A stretch of 63,624 bases of DNA, counting the filler, from Licmophora abbreviata (taxonomy: Eukaryota), in the NCBI GenBank assembly GCA_900291995.1. It is 13 parts of 13 records of this genome, joined end to end, with 100 filler letters (N's around TTAATTAATTAA, not from the genome) between each part and the next. Parts side by side here need not be neighbours in the genome. Positions count along the whole stretch, not along the records: positions 46,864 to 55,118 come from OLMU01002511.1; positions 55,219 to 57,430 come from OLMU01002512.1; positions 57,531 to 58,657 come from OLMU01002513.1; positions 58,758 to 61,099 come from OLMU01002516.1; 9 more parts are not named here. The stretch is one strand, 5' to 3'. A model generated the notes under the pieces. The model was given only the letters and a program-made list of their open reading frames with translations, did no database searches and had not been told where the DNA came from. The position numbers were made by a program, and so were the translations under genes. Each line of letters starts with the position of its first letter. Positions within the stretch are counted from its first letter, which is position 1. Of the stretch, positions 48,900 through 58,794 are shown piece by piece.

Positions 48900-50627
48900 T
48901 TACCAGACACAGCACAGCTCGTACAGTGAGAATTCTGCTGATGACCCTTCCGGTTTCTCCAACGCTGCAGCCTTGGTCGAGTGTCTGCCCATGGACCCCA
49001 CAAACGGCCCACTGTTCCATGGAAATCCGCTCAACGACGACCTTTCGTCTTCTCGCTTCCGTGCCTCGGCTTCCTTTTGTAGCCAGTGCGCATAGTCCGA
49101 GTGGAAAGCCACAAGCATCACAAGTTTGGCTCCTTGGTCATTCAGTGGCAGTACTAGCTTTCGGGGCCGGGCAGGGGTCGGCTGCGGCGTCAAAGAAGAA
49201 ACGGGGACGGGGATTCTCCTTACAAGACGTTTGCGCCTGTGTCGTGGTCGTCTGTGTTCATACAGCAGTATATCCATCTGCCCCTCCAGTCGTACTTCCC
49301 ACTCCATCGTGCCAGGCATCGCCGGTACATATATGTTTCGTTTGTTGTGATAAGTCAATCGAGACTTCTCGACAATGCCATCGACGTGAAACTGGAGAGA
49401 TAAGGACGACTTGTCGTGATCTTTCCACCCTTCGATACACAAGACTGATAGTTTCAAAAGCGACGGCTGGAATTCATCTGGACGAGACACTCGATACGGA
49501 GGCTCCAACAAGGACACTTCCATTCCGTCGTTTCGTTCTTCCACGATTGCATGGTTGTTCCCTGACAGGTTCAAAGCGGATTCGAAAACCCCACACACGG
49601 GCACGGTCACGGTCGTATGCGACTGCTGGCCACGATGCACTTTGAGGGTTTTGTAAAACGAGTCGCTGCACATTTTTCGCAATACAATGAGCTGAACCTT
49701 TCCATTGGACCACCGGAAAAGCATGCCGTACTGCATGGAAAGAAATCCCATGCGCAACTCAATCACGGACCGAGTCTCAGTGTACATGGCGTTTTCCTCC
49801 GCAACTAGGGCCTTTCGTCGTTTCATGTGAGCACTGCCAGGACGACCTTGTACGGCTTGCGGACCCTCAAATGCTACTTGCGTTAACAATTCCATCTTTT
49901 GTCGCAGCTTGGTCAGACACTTGTCCGGGCCGCGCGCACAGATATCCGCACCAGGTTGTTCTCCCTTCCCCTTGTCTTTCTGCATGCGAACGTGCGGACT
50001 GAGAAAGGATTCAGCGGGAGGCAGAGTACGGCCCGAGCTGCGGAGAAGAGAGAAGTTCAAACACGCGGAGGACTCATCATCGCCGCTATATTTTGGCTTT
50101 CGAGGACTCGGTGCGATCTGCTGTTGTCTCTGTCGATTGGGACTGCCTTTCGGGATCACGTGTGGACGATGTCGATGTAGCTTCAGTTGGCGCCGTTTTC
50201 CTCCCTCGCCTGCAGGGTTCTGTGATAGCGTTGACGATCCTCTGAGATCCGCATCCGTGGACGACGAGCGCCTCAGATGGTGAGGGCGCAACTGAAAAGT
50301 GGACGCAGAGCTGGCACTCTTCTCGTCAGACGCCGAGTCTCCGCAGGGTGAGCCGCGGAGGGCTTGTTCCGCCTGCTCACGCAACAATGACTCCAACAAA
50401 TCGTCGTGCAACTGGGCATAGTCTCTTCTAGACGCCTTGGACTGTCTGGCCGCCTCCAACAGGCTAGGATCGCGCAGATTGTGGTTATCATCGCACGTGA
50501 GCATCTCCAGACCCTGCTCGATCCACTCAAATACGAAGTTCCGCTTGTCTCGTCCGGAAATGCGTTTCAGCTGCTCCGGGAGGACCATCCAGCCGTCCAC
50601 CCACGTCTGAGAGGCCGAAGGAGCCAT
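48900..50627 (-). CDS. Hypothetical protein, possible C-terminal C2-like beta domain, ending in CCVW
   Basis: Uninterrupted ~575-codon ORF. Core YTETRSVIELRMGFLSMQYG.L.RW...IVLRKM looks conserved. Beta-rich C-terminal part. Confidence 0.55.
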   Translation of the reverse strand: MAPSASQTWVDGWMVLPEQLKRISGRDKRNFVFEWIEQGLEMLTCDDNHNLRDPSLLEAARQSKASRRDYAQLHDDLLESLLREQAEQALRGSPCGDSASDEKSASSASTFQLRPHHLRRSSSTDADLRGSSTLSQNPAGEGGKRRQLKLHRHRPHVIPKGSPNRQRQQQIAPSPRKPKYSGDDESSACLNFSLLRSSGRTLPPAESFLSPHVRMQKDKGKGEQPGADICARGPDKCLTKLRQKMELLTQVAFEGPQAVQGRPGSAHMKRRKALVAEENAMYTETRSVIELRMGFLSMQYGMLFRWSNGKVQLIVLRKMCSDSFYKTLKVHRGQQSHTTVTVPVCGVFESALNLSGNNHAIVEERNDGMEVSLLEPPYRVSRPDEFQPSLLKLSVLCIEGWKDHDKSSLSLQFHVDGIVEKSRLTYHNKRNIYVPAMPGTMEWEVRLEGQMDILLYEHRRPRHRRKRLVRRIPVPVSSLTPQPTPARPRKLVLPLNDQGAKLVMLVAFHSDYAHWLQKEAEARKREDERSSLSGFPWNSGPFVGSMGRHSTKAAALEKPEGSSAEFSLYELCCVW

Positions 50628-51545
50628 CGCTATATTGTTTGAAGCACAGAAAGTGCCGCTCAACCGCAAAAGTGTTGTCCCGTTTCCTCTTTCTTTGGTC
50701 TTGTTGAGACTTCCGGCAACATGAAGCGCCAACGGAAGTGCGGGCGTGTATGGTCGTAGAAATGAGTACAAAAGCTACGACATACTCGGCAATAAGTGGC
50801 ATGAATTCCCCGAAAAATCACATCCAACGCCGACGCGCGCCGGCACGTTATTTGAGATATATACTTAAAAAATATTTTTAAAATACTTGTTAACCGGAAG
50901 ACGAATCACTTCAGATGCTTTGTTTCTCCGAATAGAAATAGAATACCTCAGCATTGAGGATTTACATTGATTTGAACGGAGAATCTGTTGAGGTACCGCG
51001 CTAAACGGGACCTGACTACCGGTACTCGACTGATTCACTCGACTCCAACGTGGTACACTGACTCGCTCGACTCACTCAACTTATTATCACTCTACTCGTG
51101 TTGTGTTCCGGTCAAGCGGGATCAGGGCAATCCTCTTGCACGGACGATGCATTGAGCTTGACAGGGCAATGGAACTGTATTATATGAAACTCTAGTATTC
51201 TTGTATGAAAGGTATGATAGCTGAAGCGAAGTAAGTTATTTATAGCGGTAAAGCGTGAACCGAGCCCACATCCGGGTTCAAACATTTTTTGTATGTACTC
51301 ATACGCGCGGAATACTACATTGCTTGCTCGCCACGCGTGCCCGTCTCATCGCTCACATGAGACGACAACGACCTTCATTGGATGTCGCTTTTTTTCGTTT
51401 TTTGTTTTTCTTCTTTCGCCACAATCAAGGGATGGACACCAGCATCGCGATGAATCTTGCCCTCGCTTCGTATTAAAAGCTGACCTATGGGTATAGCCTC
51501 ACCATTTGTTACCAAACAGAGCTATCTAACGAGTCAGATTCTATC

Positions 51546-52658
51546 ATGTTTTCATTTTGGGGACTGGGCGGGAATGACGGTGAACAGAAGCAAGAAGTAG
51601 TGGCGGCTCATGATGCCGCCAACGACATGAGTCCTCCCCTTACTGCGGTGGAAGAAGCATCCATGACAGCGGAAGCGGGTTCAGAGGGGCCTTCTTTGCC
51701 CCTAAAGTCAAGCAGTGAAAGTACTGTGCTAGTGCAAATGGATGATGCTCTTCCTTGTTCGTTGGAGGAAGAAGGTGTCATTGTCAAGGCTCCAGCGACG
51801 CCACCGGAGGAGGCAGAAACGACGGTGCGTACGGACATGATCAGTCCAACGGAGGCTTCTCAACTATCACCATCTCTTAGAACCTATGGAGAGGAGGGTG
51901 AGGAGGTGGACGACGAACTGGACTTGCGCTTGGTTGAGGCCTTCGACAAGACATTCAACGAATTCTGCGCCGAACACTCCAAGTTTCTCTTGATGAACCC
52001 TGATCTGGTCCACAGCATGCGTGTGGCGAAGCTTCAAAAAATCTTGTCGGATGCAGCTCACATGGAGAATGAACTTTTTCAGCAGCTCCAAACGCTCGAA
52101 CAAGAAAAGCGTGGGAAGGAGGCGGACATTCATCGTCGATTGATGAACGCCTCGCGCAAGAAGGCGGCCCGTGAAATTCACCTGCAAAGCATGTTGGCGG
52201 AACTTCAAGTCAGCTCTAAGGAAACGCAAGAAAACCTGAAATGGAAAACTCTCTTGAAATCGGAAGCTAGAGCAAAGAAGCAGTACAAGCAGCGTAAGAA
52301 CCTGCAAAGAGAGGTGGTTGGCGGGGACCGCATCGATTTGCTGGCCGAGTTACCAGACAATGCGGAATTCGAAGATCTGCGCTACGCGATTCTGGACTCG
52401 GGTACGTCGTCGCAGGATCGCTATTTGCGTGAGCACGGAGACACGTTGACGCCTGAACAGGAACAAGAGCTCCGTCAGCTCCAAGTCGACAATGCCATTT
52501 TGAACTCCGAGGTGAATGTGCTGAAGAAACGGACCGACTACCAGAAGCAGGCGGCCAAGAAGAACGCATGGGTCGAGTCGGTGCTAGTTCGCATGGATCC
52601 AAAGACGCTGAAGAGGCTTAAGTCGAAGCATGAGATGAAAGCGGGGACTTCGCTGTAG
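51546..52658 (+). CDS. Hypothetical coiled-coil protein
   Basis: 370-aa ATG ORF with an acidic N-terminus and long heptad regions. Confidence 0.65.
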   Translation: MFSFWGLGGNDGEQKQEVVAAHDAANDMSPPLTAVEEASMTAEAGSEGPSLPLKSSSESTVLVQMDDALPCSLEEEGVIVKAPATPPEEAETTVRTDMISPTEASQLSPSLRTYGEEGEEVDDELDLRLVEAFDKTFNEFCAEHSKFLLMNPDLVHSMRVAKLQKILSDAAHMENELFQQLQTLEQEKRGKEADIHRRLMNASRKKAAREIHLQSMLAELQVSSKETQENLKWKTLLKSEARAKKQYKQRKNLQREVVGGDRIDLLAELPDNAEFEDLRYAILDSGTSSQDRYLREHGDTLTPEQEQELRQLQVDNAILNSEVNVLKKRTDYQKQAAKKNAWVESVLVRMDPKTLKRLKSKHEMKAGTSL

Positions 52659-52853
52659 CATTTTGGAGTGAATGTTGGTCGATCGCGTGGAATACTTCTC
52701 AATCAGTTTCACAGTTTCAAGCATACACCTTATATGTGAGTAGCACGTTCTGCCTGTACGATATCGAATCGTCCTACTTGTTTGGCCCGTAGATTGCCGT
52801 CATAAACTCTTAGACAGTTACACTACACTCAATAGATCATTCGAACGAACGGC

Positions 52854-53660
52854 TCACGTCGACAAGTCAGTCACGATATTTCGAATGCTGCTCGACAGAT
52901 CAGACAACGACTTAGCCAGCCTGGGGGAGGTGTCGCTAATCGCACGCTGCTGCATAGCTCGTGTCCTCATTTCGAAGCGCGACAACGGCGGCTTGTCCTT
53001 GCGAAAGCTGCCCTGTTTTGTGGGGAGCTCCGTAGGGTCATTCAATTTTCCGTTTTTCTGGTCTTGAAGCTTGGTGTTGAGTTCCGAAATGCGATCCAAG
53101 ATTCCGTCTAATGCACATTCTTGTCCATTATCAGTCGCAACGGAACGATCGCTCAGCTCTTTGTGGAGGGTTGCGATCTCGAAGCTCTGAGTGCGGATTC
53201 GCTGCTGGCAGCTGTCTTGGAAATCCTTCTCTTCGTGCTGGAGCTTTGCCATCTGGTTGAGCAGTTCCATTTCGACAAGATTCCTGTCTTGAATAACCTT
53301 GGCGACTTGTTTCTGTCCATGACTACTGAGTTCCTTGGTGATGCTGGTGGTGAGCTTGAGTTGCGCCCTTTCAACACAAACGATATGAATCTGTCGGCAG
53401 AGCTTGGCTTGAAGGATCAGAATGGCGTTGGGAGTCTTGTCATCTCTCAATACTTTAGCATACTTGTGTACTGTAAGGTTTCCATGGATTTCTTCGCGTG
53501 TCTTCTTGAGTTTGGATGTCAGTCTGGCAATCTCGCTGGTCATGTCTCGTTCCATGCGTGCTTGCGCCTGACGCTCCTCCTTTCGCTCCGCTTGAATGTG
53601 CTGGATTTCCGCCTTGACACGGGCAATCCTCTCACTTGTATCGTTCTCACTTTTCATCAT
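52854..53660 (-). CDS. Hypothetical coiled-coil protein
   Basis: ~268-aa ORF rich in E/K/Q/L heptads. Confidence 0.6.
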   Translation of the reverse strand: MMKSENDTSERIARVKAEIQHIQAERKEERQAQARMERDMTSEIARLTSKLKKTREEIHGNLTVHKYAKVLRDDKTPNAILILQAKLCRQIHIVCVERAQLKLTTSITKELSSHGQKQVAKVIQDRNLVEMELLNQMAKLQHEEKDFQDSCQQRIRTQSFEIATLHKELSDRSVATDNGQECALDGILDRISELNTKLQDQKNGKLNDPTELPTKQGSFRKDKPPLSRFEMRTRAMQQRAISDTSPRLAKSLSDLSSSIRNIVTDLST

Positions 53661-54209
53661 AATTGGCAAACTGTGGTGGTCAGATGTTGTCGCGTGAGTT
53701 CGTGTGGAGAGTGACAATCATGCCAGCATCATGCAAGGAAAATTGTGGCGACATGGAAAAGGAAGGTGATGTTTCGGTATTGATTAGGCCCAACGCGATA
53801 ATTTCAAATGATGAACAATGACTCATGATACTTTTGTATGACTTTCTCGTCGTGATGACCAACGACCTTTCGATGCTCAAAGCTGTATACATAGATATGT
53901 AGACTGGGCCCGCGCCGCGCTTTCCCGCCACTTTTGTGTGAAGTCAAGACCGACAAGAGATATTGGCGAGCGACATCCAGAACATAATCTGTTCCATTCA
54001 ACATCATCATCTTCGTCTGCGACGACCAGAGGCAGTCGCCCTTACGGCTCCTTTGTCTCTATCTGCTTGTCAAATCAAAACTATCACGATGGTATACCAA
54101 ACTTTCTTCTTTTATTGCTACTGAAAGACACCATGATAAAGAGTCTCAACAACAGCAGATGATTCCTCTTTTGGCCGTCGTGTCATCGCCAAGCGAGCTA
54201 GACTACCCA

Positions 54210-54856
54210 ATGACAGAAGAAGACGTCGTCATGGCGCAGGAGTTCGAAGCCGCTGGGCGGACTTTCTCGAAGTCAAGGATGGAAAGCCTGCAGTGACGTT
54301 GCCCATGGGAAAGCGTGGGGAGCGAGTGGCCGGTCTCATGGGTCGGCTGAATGAAACCTTGCAGTCCAAGGCGGCCGTCGAGTCAGAACTCACGACGCAG
54401 CTAGACTTACTGCAGGTGTCACGGAATATTCTGGAAGACGCCTATCAAACGGCATTGAAGGAGGAGCGGCGTCGTCGGAAGGTTGGAGAGGAACGACTGC
54501 AGAGACAGCTGGATAATGTGGCCATTGCGGAACATACTGGGTCGACGATCATTGCGTGGGACCATTTTCTGGAGTCGGTAGATCAAGCCATTGTTCCCGA
54601 GGAACGAAAGGGTGTGCAGAAGTCTGATACTGGCGTCAAACCGTCCGCACGTGCCATGGCTCTTGTAGATCCCATCGGCGATGCTAGGGATATCGAAACT
54701 AGGGCTTTTCGCATCGACAACGCCCTGTTGCAGACTCAGGTCAGCATGCTGGAGACGGAAGTGCAATATTACGAGTCCGCGACGGAAAGTCTGGAGGATG
54801 TCGGTAAGCTCTTGACAGAAAACAACATCTGGAGTATCCTTACTCAGACAAGTTAG
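54210..54856 (+). CDS. Hypothetical coiled-coil protein, probable paralogue of 51546-52658; 1-nt frameshift near 54254
   Basis: ATG 54210 frame gives MTEEDVVMAQEFEAA, then the -1 frame gives WADFLEVK... Shares an F...(F/W).(E/D)F motif and (Q/R)(V/I)DNA.L...V..L with the upstream paralogue. Confidence 0.58.
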
Positions 54857-55272
54857 TTTCGTAATGTAGACTTATTTTGTAAGACGATGATGGTGACGAG
54901 AGGCAAGGATCAGCTTTCCTGGAGAGGTTCGGGCTTTGTCAATTCTAACGCATTGCGCTTTGATTGTACGTTGTGGTTCAACATGGTTATATAAGCTGGC
55001 TTGCCAGTTGCTGTCCAGTATGATGCTGCTGCCATTGTTGCTTTGTATTGAGCAAAAGAGCCGCTCCCTATGACTCTCTTGTGAGTATCATATAGTTCGC
55101 GGACGACGACACAACGACNNNNNNNNNNNNNNNNNNNNNNNNNNNNNNNNNNNNNNNNNNNNTTAATTAATTAANNNNNNNNNNNNNNNNNNNNNNNNNN
55201 NNNNNNNNNNNNNNNNNNTCTGCCATCACGCCGGCGCCGACTGCAGACCACCATCACATTGTCCTCCCATCC

Positions 55273-56876
55273 ATGATGGTGGCGATGACTCTAGCAGTGG
55301 CTGGTGTAGCCCTACTTCCTTTGTGTAGCACTCACTGGATAGGACTGCTTTTGTTGTCAATTGATAGTAGTGCAGATGGGATTTCGTTGAAAAGAACATC
55401 ACGATACCATCATCATCCATGCGACGACATCACGAGTCGCCTGCGACGCGGTCAAGAAGGAAGAATTTCCTGGGAAACGACGGTGCACATGATGGCTTCC
55501 TCACCGGAAATTGATGTCACCAGCAATGAGAGCCATCGCAGGATTCCCAAGGACAGCAGGGCATCGCAGAATAGAAGTAGCAGCAGAGTTCATCTGTTGT
55601 CGCTCCAGTGGCCATCCGAGGATGACGACAACTCCAACATGGATGGATACGACTACTACTCTAGATCTGCCGTGCGTGCACTGTGGCTTTGGAAAGATGC
55701 ATGCCTTGGGGATGGACGCGATTTCTTTGTTCCAAAGCCCAGGACGCTCTCCGCTCTCAATCGGTACTTGATGGATCGTATCCCACAAGACGTGACGGAA
55801 TGTTCCGTGATTTCCAACTGTGCTCGCTTCGAGATTGTCTTGACACAACAAACACTGACAAACGGTATTGATGAGGACGATAACGATGCAGCACTGAAGA
55901 GCGCAGTCTCGGGCGCGTTGGCGGCGCAAGTTCACTCGAACAGTCGATCCTCGCCTCACGGACCGGCCGCGTATGGGATGTGGAAGGAACAGCTCCGTCG
56001 TGGTTTTGATCGACCAGAGGTGATTGATTGGAATGCGAATGACGATGACGATTCTGCACCAGCGTCGTATTGTTGGAATCATTTGCAAGGTGTCGAATGC
56101 GTGAGTCGGCATCTGAATACCATTGCGTCCGGCATGGCAGAACGACCGAGTCGCCCAGGACGACCCGTACCATTCCGACCCTTCTCCTCCCGTGATGCGC
56201 ATGTTTTGTTGCAGTTGAAGCGTATAGCAGAAGTAAGTCGAATGTAACACGCGACGCTCGTCTCTTCTTGCTTGGGTCATGCTTGTTGTTGACAAAGTCA
56301 CCTGCTACACCATACCTCAATTATGTATTCTGCAGATTGCAGAGGGACCGAGAATACGAGCTTTGCTGAATACGGCGCTCCAAGCCGGCAAGTTGGCACG
56401 AAATCCGCATCGCATCCCCGAGTTGGAACCACTGCGTCGTTTTGGATCCGGTGGCGGTCGCTATTCGCAGGAGCCACCGCGGGCTCTGTCGGAAGCAGCA
56501 GCGTCGGTAGGTGATGGCTCGTATGTAGTTTGCAATGATGATCCGTGCTCTAGCCCCGCATGAGAATATTCGTGGTCTAATCCTTCTTGTTTGGCGCTTG
56601 GTTGGGACGCACGGTATTTTGTAGGCGGTAGAGGAGCTTGCCATTGAAACGAATGTTCGTCGGTGTATTGACAAGTTTCAAGCGATGGACCATGCCGAAA
56701 CGATTGCTTGTTTGCGACGCGACATACAGCGGCTCGCAAAGACGGACGAGGAGCGCAAGGTCGTGCAGAAGTTGCTTCATCAGCCGACACTGGAGGTTCG
56801 AGCGGGAGAACTAGTAGATATGGACAAAGTGCGGCAAAGAATTGATATTCATCTTCAGAAAATGAGAGCAGGATGA
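55273..56876 (+). CDS. Glutamyl-tRNA reductase (HemA)-like protein lacking the NADPH-binding domain; exons 55273-56232, 56336-56506, 56625-56876
   Basis: ECSVISNCARFEI (cf. E..ILSTCNRxE), G...V.RHL..IASG, AHVLLQLK (cf. GExQILGQVK), LLNTALQAGKLAR, and C-terminal TIACLR...VVQKLLHQPT dimerisation motif. Two phase-0 GT-AG introns. Confidence 0.7.
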
Positions 56877-56923
56877 AAGCTATACTGTATGATTTTTTGA
56901 CACACACAATGAATGCGCATGAA

Positions 56924-58657
56924 TCAACCAACATTGAAGGTTCTCTTCAAAGTTAACCGATGAGGTACGAGCTTGTCGAGAAGCCATTCGGAACTAAAAT
57001 GCTCGGGCATTGCAGAAGAGCCGTAAAGCTGGCCTCCGTATTTCATGCACTTGTAGTAGAGGGCGAAACAGCTTTGCAAGTCTTTCTTGTCCTTCCATGG
57101 CGACTCAGTTTGGAGATACTTGGATAACTCAATGTGACTCTTGAACTCAGTCGGTAGTTTGTTATCAGCACTGCCCGCCATCGAGATACGAGAAACGATA
57201 TCAAGCTCATCTTGCACGAAAGCTCTGGTCTGTGAATCGGGAGGTAACAGAAGGATGTCGGACGACTCAATATTTGCATTGGCCGAGAACAAACGATTCC
57301 ATAAACGTTTGAAATACTCTGCTTGAGCTCCAAACCTAATCTTCTTCAGATCACTCGAGTGCTTCTTTTTCAGTGCTTCAATTGTAGTCTTTAGTGAAGC
57401 GCTCACATGGTTGCATCGCATCAAGTGATCNNNNNNNNNNNNNNNNNNNNNNNNNNNNNNNNNNNNNNNNNNNNTTAATTAATTAANNNNNNNNNNNNNN
57501 NNNNNNNNNNNNNNNNNNNNNNNNNNNNNNATGGTTGCATCGCATCAAGTGATCAAAGAGTACCCCCGAAGCCGTCCCAAGGCTTCCAGCGTTTGCAAAG
57601 AAATATCGTCCCTCTTGGCCATGGCGGGCGCAGTGGCGACACATGATTCCTGGATATCCCACAGTTACATGCTTCCTCTCCTTCCTCAGGATATCGTCCA
57701 TTGTCGCTCGACACGCTGCGCTCTGACGCAAGACAGTTGAGGCAAATTCAGTCAAGTCTGGGAGGTCTTGAGGGAGAACGAGCTCACGGACGTTGTCTGA
57801 AGGTACAGCGTCAGTGACTTCCGCTCCTTGACCAACAGAAGTATCGAGACTTTCTGAAGCGAAGGCAATGCTTTGCAGGCGACAGGCAATAAACGGCGGC
57901 TGTTTGGGCTGCGGTTTGTATACCTCCCGGCACATATGATCATTTTGGTCAAAGAAGTCTTCGTAGTTGTCTGCAAGATAACGCGACAACTCGTTCAGAA
58001 CTCCTACCGTTTCATCTACATGTGACATGGGCAAACCCGCTTGTCGCAAAACGCTTGGTACGACCATGAGCATTCGCATGAGATAGGCTGGGCCGTCGCT
58101 TTCTACATCCCCTGGAACCTGGGTTTGTGAAACGGAGTCGTCGTGCACGTACGAAAGTGTGCCCTTCAGTTCTTCGAAGCATGTCTGGAGCGCCCTTGCG
58201 ATACTGTCCAGTCTCTCCTGTGATGACGCGATGTCCCCTGTCGATTTGCTTGCCAGAATCTGAACAGTGAACTGTTTGATCGCGTCTGCCACTGACCCTT
58301 GCATTTTCGAAGGAGTCACAGAATCTTTCGCTGACACGACGAACAATCTCTTTTCTAGTTTCGTGACATTTCCCAATCCGACGTCCATCACTCGCCTCTC
58401 GATTTTCGCCCTCTTGCGTGATTCTTCACGCCTAGCCTGTCTACCCCGTTGCCGTTTGTGCTGAGGAGGGAGAAAACTGACGTCGTCGGGGTCACCTCCC
58501 GACTTGATTCTCCATCCGTAGGTGGAGCGAAGACGAGGCCAAACTAACGCCAGGAAAAGTGGAAGCGAGCTCGGGTGCCCTCGAACTGCTGCCGAGGTCG
58601 CGTGCATGAAAACGCCAGGATAGTTTGGGCTGCGGTGCTCCGAGCGCTCTGTGTCGT
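56924..58657 (-). CDS. Hypothetical protein with a stramenopile-type Cys/His motif (GYPGIMCRHC...GRYFF...HLMRC); continuous across the false gap 57431-57530; 5' end lost
   Basis: Gap flanks share 24 bp (atggttgcatcgcatcaagtgatc), which joins the two ORFs in frame. The frame is open to the spacer at 58658. Confidence 0.65.
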
Positions 58658-58794
58658 NNNNNNNNNNNNNNNNNNNNNNNNNNNNNNNNNNNNNNNNNNN
58701 NTTAATTAATTAANNNNNNNNNNNNNNNNNNNNNNNNNNNNNNNNNNNNNNNNNNNNAATCCTATGTATAAAGTCGGCCACAACATTCCCACCT

